Of a DNA stretch of 32,066 nt, positions 23,250-32,066 are shown piece by piece. Origin of the DNA: Chiloscyllium plagiosum (taxonomy: Eukaryota); assembly GCF_004010195.1 (NCBI RefSeq), contig NC_057758.1, forward strand, positions 2,814,609 to 2,846,674, given 5' to 3'. Below the pieces are notes generated by a model that worked only from the letters and a program-made list of their open reading frames with translations, was not told the DNA's origin and ran no database searches. Within the stretch, counting starts at the first letter, position 1, and each line of letters opens with the position of its first letter. Both the position numbers and the translations under genes were made by a program.

Positions 23250-24035
23250 AAATTCTGAGGAGTAGAGTGATTTACGTCTTCAGGTGCATGACTCCCAAGT
23301 AGTTCTTCTTAAAAACAGAAGATAGTGAAGGAGACAAGTATGGTGTTGGCCTTTATGATAAGATAGAGTGAACTTAGATGTGATCTTTCCGTTATACAGG
23401 GTTCTGTTGCAGAGGGTGCAGGAGTTTTCTCATCTGGAGCATGGTGTGCGGTTCTGGGCTCCTTATTGAAAGCTAGATGCAAATTTGTTGAAACTTATGA
23501 AGAAGAAGGATTCATGGGTTGATTCCCTGGAATGACGAGATAAGGTTGCACTGATTGGTCTTGCTCCAACTGGAGTTATAAGAAGTGAGGGGGATTGGGG
23601 GAAGGATGTGACCCAATTGATAATTGCAAGATACTTAACCGTCTGGTCAAAGCAGACATGGGGAGACAGGTCTACTGTTGTTGGTCAGTCTGGAATGAGA
23701 GGTAAACGGATTTGCAATGGGGGAGGATCGGGGTAGGATGCCGACCTTACAATTCGGAGATGAACATTCTCTCTTTCTCTCTCTGTGGAAACGTTTGTGT
23801 GACAGTGGAACTCTGTGCACTCCGAAGGTGGTCGAGGTTGCCCATGGAAGATTTTAGAAGATGGAGGTGAACAGATTATTTTGACAGAGAAATGGAAAGG
23901 TATTGGAGGTGGATATGGCAGCGTGAAATTCCAAAGACAGCAGAATCAGCCATGATCATTTTGAAGATGGAGCAGGCTCGAGGGAGCCGATGGCCTTTTG
24001 GTCTGCTCCTGCCTGATATCTCCTGTATTTGTGAC
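23250..24035 (+). mobile_element. Degraded CR1 3' part (older subfamily)
   Basis: HLEHGVRFWAPY motif (~23431) and 3' UTR GGCTCGAGGGAGCCGATGGCCTT..CTGCTCCT. Confidence 0.7.
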
Positions 24036-25384
24036 TGAATGAAATCTTCATTGAACACATTCCATGGCTCTGCTTGCATATAATTTCATTGACGCTATGT
24101 CCAGTTTTCACAGAGAAATGCTTTCTCACTTCGTTCATCTTGAGCCTCTCTTGGGTATTCACAGCTTGCACTGTACTATCCCAAATCGAACATTATCGTA
24201 AAATGTGTCTCAGTTCCCCATAATTACCCCTGTCCTAAAACATGGTCACAATCTCTTCTCTTTGTGGGACATCCACGACTCTCTCTCTCTCTCTCTTCCC
24301 CGCAAGCATGCAGCTTTTACCTTAATCAATTGTCTTGTCTCTCCTGAATATTTTGTAACCAGGAAAATGACACACCCAGTAATGCTCTAAGTGAATCCCC
24401 AACTTTGGAGGTCCAGCAGCATTATTTTTGTTTTCTACTGTGGACAGGTGGAATGAAAATTTGCCACTGTATCTCGCCAGCACTGTTTACCATTTACATG
24501 GAATTCACGTGCAGGGACATTATGTTTACTTTCCATGTCATTGCCTCTCTTACACCTAACTATGAGTGGTCAATACCTTTCAGTTTCCTGAGTTGGTTAC
24601 CTCCTGAGTGGAGTTACCCCACTTCTGAAATCATTCGGTGCGTCCTGTTGTTTCTCTTCCAATTTTCACTCTGGGTCAACGCTGCAGACCAGTTGGTAAA
24701 AACCTGCCCAGATCACATCATCCGCACTGCAGCTTGTCGAAGATTATCCACTGGAAAGTGCTCAGGTAGCATCAATCTCATCATTGGTGATATTGTCCCT
24801 TTCTCTAAAGCACTCCATTTTGCTGTGGACTTCTCGCCACATTCTTTTGGTTACTTTACTATTCTTCCTTCAACTGTGAGATTAATCAATTCTGTCTGTT
24901 ACTTTCTGAAAGATACGTAACAGGTTTATCATTATCAAACCATGGCAGATCTGTCTCAGACCAGAGGACATCAGTTAAAGGTGAATGAGCAAGAGGTTTT
25001 GCGGAGGTCTGAGAAGTACTTTTCACCCGGAAATGTGTAACATGCAAGTGAAGACGGTGGTGGTTGCAGTTACTCTCACTAAATTTGAACACAGTAACTG
25101 GATTTGACATATTTGGCCTTAGTGAGCTCTGACTCCATATATTGGGCAAATTGGAAGAAAATGTTTGTATTACAGTAATACGGTCCTGTGCCTCCCTGCA
25201 CACTCTTTCTGATATTGCGCTGAGAGGCCTGCACTACCATAGTTTATGTCTGCCATTATCTTATTAAGAGGTACACTTTTTGCATAACCGTCTCTCAGTC
25301 AAATCAAGCAAAAAGACTCATAAATGTAAAATTGAAAGATTTTGATGTTTGTGTGTTTATCTTTTGTCCTGAAGTCCTGTTGTC

Positions 25385-25672
25385 TGGATATCTCAATGAG
25401 AAAGTTCATGTTTTGTGAATTTCTGAGGCCAAGGTGTGTTGCTCTGAAAGACGTCAGTAGAAATAATTTGTTCAGAGACGACAAATGATGTCGGGCTCCA
25501 GGGACTATCGTTGTATCAGTGGAGATTTTCTCTTTTTAATGAAAAAGTTTTTTCTTGTGATTTCCTGAGTGCAAGGCATGTTACAATGAGAGACGGCAGC
25601 AGCAATTATTTGTTCAGAGACGACAAATGATGTCAGTCTCCAGGGATCCTGGAGATCAGTGGAGATTTCCAC
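25385..25672. repeat. ~142-bp tandem duplication immediately upstream of GPCR copy C
   Basis: ATTTGTTCAGAGACGACAAATGATGTC at 25466 and 25608; ATCAGTGGAGATTT at ~25514 and ~25655. Confidence 0.88.
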
Positions 25673-25767
25673 TTTTCGCTTCATAAGGACAACACTCCAA
25701 AGTATCATCTTATGGTATCAGAGGGAGCCCTTAGCTGTGGCTTTCACAGCTACCGACCTCAGTAAGA

Positions 25768-26002
25768 ATGACGGAGAGGAGTGATCGAAATCTGAGAAGG
25801 GCACACTGGAATATTACAACAATGGAACCGAACCTGGCGACAGCAGACTGGAATTTCACAAATATGGATAGAATATTGCCTTCACAAATAGCCTATTACA
25901 TTAGAAATCAGCACTTGATGACAGTCTACTATCGAATACGGTATATTCTTCTGCTGTTTCAGCATGTTTACTATCCATTCCTTGCTGCTATTGGTATCTT
26001 AG
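25768..26002 (+). CDS. Exon 1 of a GPR139-like orphan GPCR (copy C): N-terminus to mid-TM1; exon 2 not seen in the window
   Basis: Open frame MTERSDRNLRRAHWNITTMEPNLATADWNFTNMDRI..FQHVYYPFLAAIGIL then G|GTAAGT (phase 1, 26002/26003); N-glycosylation sequons NIT and NFT. The true start ATG is uncertain. Confidence 0.78.
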
Positions 26003-26499
26003 GTAAGTCTCTCAATACAGTAAACTTCGGCCATGAACCGGGGATGAGTGGGCTGTCAAGTAAAGAGAGATTGAATAGTTTAGATGTTCCTTCTGCCTTT
26101 GTGATATCTGCTGACTGCGGGACTCCTGTGTGATTTAGATTGATACTGGCAACAAGCTTTCAATTCACACATCGCATGACAATCCCACCTTCCCGACCTC
26201 TCCTTGTGTCATTTAAATTCTACAAAGACCAATATGAGCGTCAATACAGCGATCAAATCTTCTCTCCTGGGAAGTGACCGTGAACGTCTGATCCATATCA
26301 TTACCACCCTGAATTCTTGAACAAAGATCCTCCAGACCATCTCCACATCCTGCCTCAGTAGTTTTGACCTGTAACTGCGTTCATAAAAAAAAAGCCACAG
26401 CAAACTTAGGCATTTAACTTTTGATGCTTAATATCCTGGTTTTTGCGTCTCTGTCTCTAGGACACAGACATTCACTCCCTCAGACGTCGATGCCTCGAC

Positions 26500-26865
26500 G
26501 CAGCAATGTTTACCACTTATAAGATACACTCCACAAATTCAACAAAGGTCACTAATCAGCACCTTCCAATATCATGGCCACTTACATCTAAAAGGACAAG
26601 AGCAGCAGATACATGGGAGCATCACCAGCTGCAAGTACCCCTCCAAGCCATTCACTATCCTGATTTGGAAATATATTGGCAACCCCTTCAGTGTCACTGA
26701 GTCACTATCTTGGGACTCCCTCGCTAACGGCATTCATGTTTGTGCATCTCACAGACTGCAGCAGTTTAAGAAGGCAGCCAACCACAGCCTTCTCACTGAG
26801 TCAAATCGTGACCCGCAATAAAATCCAGTCACAAGCAAAGATGTTCCCATTCCACAAGTGAATAA
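26500..26865 (+). mobile_element. CR1/L2-group LINE 3' end
   Basis: AGGACAAGAGCAGCAGATACATGGGAGCATCACCAGCTGCAAGT..ACTGCAGCAGTTTAAGAAGGCAGC..CAATAAA; inverted homologues at 27610-27990 and 30700-30950. Confidence 0.75.
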
Positions 26866-26924
26866 GAATAATGCATGGATGGAAGATTGGAATTTGACAT
26901 TGTAATGATTCAAACAAAGTATCG

Positions 26925-27790
26925 TTCTTCATTCAATAACGTGTGCATAAATGGTCGAAATCTCTCTCCTGAAAAACAAGTTTGACATTGCATCATTTCT
27001 CCTTGATTTTTCCTGCAAAAGGGAATCCTCGGCGTTTTTGTCATTTGCCATCCTTTTCACCCCCATCGCCCCGACCTCATTGGCGTCTTCAGAAACTCGA
27101 TTCCTCCTTGATGACTCCTCATTCTTTTGCCAAAACGTGTGTCATCCCAAAACGTGCCTGTCTTACCAGTTAAACCCCTGTGGAATAATCGATTGAGACA
27201 TGAGCCTGTCATTGAACCCCGAGCAACAGGATGCATTTGTCTTCTAAGTTCAGAAGGGTAACTGGACCCAATATTCTGATCTGCTTTCTCTCCACATGAG
27301 CTGGCAGACCTGCAAACCTTAGTTTCTCCAGCAATCTTTGCTCTCTTGACTGATCGCCTTATCACAGCAAACGAGCATCACCAAAAAAAACCCGGAAGAA
27401 CTGCAAATTTTTGGAAATTAGATTCATAAGTAGCAAGTACTGTAAAGACACAACACGTCTGGCAACATCAGTGAACAGAAATCCGACTTAACATTTCAGG
27501 TACAGCGACCTTTCTTCCGAGCCACTTCTCACAATGTTGAGGAAAGAACCTTAAGATGTTTTATTTTGTGCAATACTTACCAGGGACCGAGTCATCATTA
27601 TGATGCCCCTTAAGAAGATATTGGTGCGCTGCCTTCTTGAAAACCTGTAAGTCCGCAGATTGTAGGTAGATGCACAATTCCCTCAGGGAGCAGATTCCCG
27701 GACTTTGATACAGCCATACTGAAGGAAAAGCCAATAGATTTCCAACTCCATGATGGTGAGTGTCATGGAAGCGAATTTGCAGCTGGTGTT
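26925..27790. repeat. Local segmental duplication, copy 1 (copy 2 at 29921-30950)
   Basis: GTCGAAATCTCTCTCCTGAAAAACAAGT.TGACATTGCATCATTTCTCCTTGA at 26954 and 29950, collinear through TACCAGGG.CCGAGTC.TCATTATG (~27578/~30585) and into the adjacent LINE. Confidence 0.9.
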
Positions 27791-27990
27791 GTTCCGATGC
27801 ATTTGCTGACTTTGTCCTTCCAAAAGAAAATGTTTGTGTGCTTGGAAGGTGCTGTCGAAGAACCTTTTGTGAACTGCCGTAGGGCATCCTGCAGGTAGCA
27901 CACATTACAGCTACTGAGCGTTGTTCGTAGATGGAGTGGACGTTTGTGGATATGGTGACAATCAAGTGGGCAATTTAGTTTCGGTGGTGT
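27610..27990 (-). mobile_element. CR1/L2-group LINE 3' end
   Basis: Reverse-complement homologue of 26500-26790; LQVFKKAAHQYLLKG. Confidence 0.7.
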
Positions 27991-28004
27991 TGAACTCCTA
28001 GACT

Positions 28005-29918
28005 GTTTTTGAATTTGACTGGTTCTGGGGGAGGTGGGGTTATTAAAACTTGGACGGACGACACCCACCAAGACTGGAACCAATGATCTTGGGGTCGCTT
28101 TTGCTTACGCTGTTTGGCATTGTTTAAATTAATGTGGCAGGTGGATTAGAACCAAATGAGCAGATTAATGGACAGTAAGGAAGTACGAACGCGATAATGA
28201 AGTCAATCTGACCATTTGAGTGGGTGACCGGTGGGGAGTATGGGAGAACATGCCGAACGCAAAGGGACACGCGGTCTGAAGTTATTTTAATGCAAGAAGT
28301 ACAGGAGGCAAGGCAGCTAAATTTCGAGATTGGATTATTACCTGGAACTATGACGTTATTGTTATGACTAATACTTGGATGGGCAAGAATGCCATATAGA
28401 TATCTCAGGATATTGATGATTTATTCAGGATAGAGAAGAAGGTGAAATGAGCGGAGGATTTTCATTACTAGTCAAAGAGAACATCACAGTCATGCTGAAG
28501 GAGGCCACATGAAGGAATGGAGCAGTGAGGCTATATGGGCAGAGATTAAAAATACGAAGTGTGAGGTAATAATGTTGGGGCTGTATGACAGGCGTCCCAA
28601 CAGTGAGTGTGAGATTGAGGTACAAATATGCAAACTAATTATGTTAAGATGTAGGAGAACAGTCTGGTGGCATTGAGAGATTTTAATTTTCCCAACATTG
28701 ACTGAGAGTCACTTCGTGGTAGAGGTCGAGATGAAGCAAAATTTGTTAGGAGCATCTAGGAGAGTTTTATACAGCAATATGCAAATAGTCCAACTCGGGA
28801 TGGGGCCATACTGGGATTGGTGTTGGGGAATGAGCCCGGCCAGTTGATTGAACCTTCATTAGGGTATGTTTTTGAGAACAATCATCAAATTCCGTCGGTG
28901 TCAGAAGAGCCATGGAAAAAGAAGAGAGTGGTCCTATTGGAAGTCTGGTACTTTGGAGGAAGGCCAACTGCAGCAAAATTCAGCAGGAGATGGTTAATGT
29001 GGATTGCGAGCAGCTGATTGGGGAGAAATCTACATTTGATGTTTAAAGAGAGATTGAGTAGAGTGCAGGACATGCATGTGCCTGTGAAATTGAGGACTAG
29101 ACATGGAAAACAAATGAAGGAGCCATGGATGGCTGGTGAAATTGTGAGACGAGCTAAGAGGATAAACGAATCAAAGGTCTAGATGACTGAAAACAGGCGA
29201 TGCTTTGGAATAATATTGGGAAAGTAGGACAAATCTGAAATGAGGAATTAAGAGGTCTAAAGAAAGTCGTGAAATAGCTTGAGCAAACAGCATCAAGCAA
29301 AATCCCAACGCTTTTTATTTGTATGAAAGGAACAAGATGGTAACACAACAAAGTTTTTGCCCACTCAGTTATGCAAGGAATCGGAATCTTAATGAATACT
29401 TTGCGTCGGTATTCGCTGAGGGGAAGGAGACTAGGGATGTTGAAATTAAAGTTAGATGTTTGTTTACTCTAGATCAATCGACATTAGTAGGAATGAAGTG
29501 TTAACTTTTGTGAAAGGTATTAAGGTGTCTAAGTCCTCAAATCCTGAAGGGATCTAACCCAGGTTACTGAGAGAAGTGAGACAGGAAATAGCTGGGGCCT
29601 TAACAGATATCTTTCCAGAATCCATAAACATGTATGAGGTCCGGGAGTTTCGGAGGATTATGATAGCGTCCTTCTGTTTGAGAAGGATATCAGGGATAAT
29701 CCAGACCATTATGGACTGGTCAAGATACTGTCAGAGGTGGGGAGAATGCTGGAATAGGTACGGAGGCATGGATGCATTTCGGATTGCTAAAAAAAATGGG
29801 CTTAACAGTAAATGGCAGCTCTTTTTGTGTGGGGAAATTCATATCTTATCAACTTAATGGAATTCTTTGACGAAGTGATTAAGTTGATTGATAAGGGAAG
29901 GTCTGTAGAAAGCATATA
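28005..29918 (+). mobile_element. Degraded CR1: ORF1 end, endonuclease and start of RT; 3'-truncated
   Basis: YFNARS (~28283), DFNFPNID (~28679), NEYFASVF (~29391), EVRQEIAGALTDIF, LMEFFDEV (~29853). Confidence 0.85.
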
Positions 29919-29920
29919 TA

Positions 29921-30950
29921 TTCTTCTTTAAATAATGTGTGCTTAAGTAGTCGAAATCTCTCTCCTGAAAAACAAGTCTGACATTGCATCATTTCTCCTT
30001 GACTTTTGCTGCAAAATGGAATTCTTGGCTTTATTTGTCACTTGCCCTGCTTTCTACTTCCGCCAGCCCAACACATTTAGCATCTTCAGAAACTGGATCC
30101 TCACTGACTTACTCCTCATTCTTTTGCCAAAACGTACGTTATCCCAAAAACCTGCCTTTTATACCAGTAAACTCCCATTAAATCAGCGATTGAGACTCGA
30201 GCCTGTCATTGAGCAGTGAGCCCCAGAAACTGTTTGTCTCCTGAGTTCAGACGAACGTTCACTGCACCCAAAAAGCTGACTCTGCTTTCTCTCCACATAC
30301 GTTGTCCGACCTGCAAACTTGAATTTCTCCAGCAATCTTTGCCCCCATGACCGATGACCTTGCCACAGCCCAAACGAGAGAACCAAACAAACCGGAAGAA
30401 TTGCTTATTTTGGGGCATTGAATCAAGATACAAAAGCATAAAGTACTGGGAAAACACAACATGTCTGGCAGCATAAGTTAACAGAAATTAGTCTTAATGT
30501 TTCAAATACAGAGACCCTTCTTCTGTGCTACTGTTTGCACTGTTGAACAAAGAGTTTTAATGTCTCTTATTCTCTACAATATTTACCAGGGGTCCGAGTC
30601 CTCATTATGTTGTTGGTTTAATACTCGATTGAATTCACTGCTTCAAAATTATTGAACATGACTGAAACTTCCTTTTGGAGTCTATTTTCCAAGTCATCTC
30701 GCTATTTTTTGTCCGCTCTGGTGGAATGTTGATGTCAATGGTTGAGAGCAGAATTTATTGCTCACCTTTAGCTGCCCATTAAGACTATGCTGATGAGCTG
30801 CTTTGAAACGTTGCAAGTCCACATACTGTGGATAAATACACAATTCCCTGAGAGAGGTGATCCGGGCAGTAATCCAGCCACAGTGAAGGAACGGACAATA
30901 GATTGAGAAGTCACGATAGTGAGTGGCATGGAAGTCAACTTGCAGATGTC
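29921..30950. repeat. Local segmental duplication, copy 2 (includes a minus-strand LINE 3' end at ~30700-30950)
   Basis: Collinear with 26925-27790 at an initial offset of ~2996; has ~165 bp (30610-30770) absent from copy 1. Confidence 0.88.
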
Positions 30951-30954
30951 CTTC

Positions 30955-31214
30955 TAGAACATAGAACATAGAACATAGACGAATACAGCGCAGTACAGGC
31001 CCGTTGGCCCTCGATGTTGCGCCGATTCAAGCCCACCTAAACTACACTAGCACCACTATCCTCCATATGCCTATCCAATGCCCGCTTAAATGCCCATAAA
31101 GAGGGAGAGTCCACCACTGCTACTGGCAGGTCATTCCATGAACTCACGACTCGTGAGTTCCTACCCCTAACATCTGTCCTATACCTACCACCCCTTAATT
31201 TAAAGCTATGCCCC
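30955..31214 (-). mobile_element. Young CR1 3' end with (TAGAACA)n tail
   Basis: Near-identical to the reverse complement of 1-236; tail repeats at 30955-30978. Confidence 0.92.
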
Positions 31215-32066
31215 CTCCCTGTCAGGCAGGGAGGAAAGGGTCGTGCGAGGGAGCCGTGGTTTAATAAGGAATTGGAATCCCTTGTTAAATGGAAGAGGGC
31301 GGCCTATCTCAAGATGAGACGTGAAGGTTCAATTGGGGCGATTGAGAGTTATAGGGTAGCCAGGAACGACCTGAATAGAGAGCTAAGAGCAGCAAGGAGG
31401 GGACATGAAAGGTCCTTAGTCGGTAGGATTAGGGAAAACCCTAAGGCTTTCTATAGGTATGTTAGGAATAAAAGAATGACTAGGGTAGGAATAGGTCCAG
31501 TCAAGGACAGTAGTGGGAAGTTGCGTGTGGAGGCGGAAGAGATTGGGGAGACACTGAATGAATACTTTTCTTCAGTATTTACTCAGGAACACGGCATTGT
31601 CGTCGATGTGAATACTGAGTCACAAATAAGTAGAATGGATGGATTTGAGGTATGTAGAGAAGAGGTGTTGGAAATCCTGGAAAAGGTGAAAATAGATAAG
31701 TCCCCTGGGCCTGATGGCATTTATCCTAGGATTCTCTGGGAAGCAAGGGAGGAGATTGCAGAGCCATTGGCCTTGATCTTTATGTCCTCTTTGTCTACTG
31801 GAGTAGTGCCAGAAGACTGGAGGATAGCAAATGTGGTACCCTTGTTCAAAAAGGGGAGTAGGGATAGCCCTAGTAACTATAGACCGGTGAGTCTCACTTC
31901 TGTTGTGGGCAAAGTCTTAGAGAGAATTGTAAGGGATAGGATTTATGCACATCTAGATAGGAATAATGTGATCAAGGATAGTCAGCATGGTTTTGTGAAG
32001 GGCAAGTCGTGCCTCACAAACCTTATTGAATTCTTTGAAAAGGTGACGAAGGAGGATGATGAGGGG
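31215..32066 (+). mobile_element. Young CR1 ORF2 segment, uninterrupted frame running off the window
   Basis: 284 open codons: EPWFNKELESLV..ENPKAFYRYV..LNEYFSSVFT..DKSPGPDGIYPRILWEARE..VPEDWRIANVVPLFKKG..NYRPVSLTSVVGK..SQHGFVKGKSCLTNLIEFFE. Not in the ORF track, presumably because it has no stop codon inside the window. Confidence 0.95.

Noticed and set aside
24405..24920. 171-aa plus-strand ORF
   Set aside because: Non-ATG start and no recognisable domain or splice context; probably chance or an old unrecognised repeat.
26003..26133. C-terminal part of the 121-aa ORF 25768-26133
   Set aside because: Read-through past the GTAAGT donor into intron; PGMSGLSSKERLNSL is a CR1 scrap.
1..31190. 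Inverted repeats at both ends of the window (1-236 vs 30955-31190) suggesting one giant element
   Set aside because: Both are ordinary CR1 3' ends with their own tails, each inserted in different older sequence; independent insertions explain them.

Overview
Repeat-dense vertebrate genomic DNA, almost certainly from an elasmobranch (shark), judging from the HE1-type SINE, CR1 LINE subfamilies and Penelope termini. It is not prokaryotic. The host-gene content is part of a tandem cluster of two-exon orphan class A GPCR genes of the GPR139/GPR142-like type: a decayed exon 1 (906-1085, -), a two-exon pseudogene (11924-16127, -) and an apparently intact exon 1 (25768-26002, +) whose N-terminus is built from 7/14-aa N-glycosylation repeats. 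The rest is nested retroelements: many CR1 fragments, one near-full-length degraded CR1, and one young CR1 with a probable 5' inversion and an 852-nt open ORF2. There are also two Ty3/Gypsy remnants with Gmr1-like domain order (integrase before RT), Penelope-like elements carrying minimal hammerhead ribozyme motifs, a SINE, a 33-bp minisatellite and several local duplications. I found no clearly new biological system. The best leads are the orphan GPCR array, the hammerhead-bearing Penelope termini and the inverted CR1. All family assignments are from motif recognition, not database searches, and boundaries of degraded repeats are approximate.
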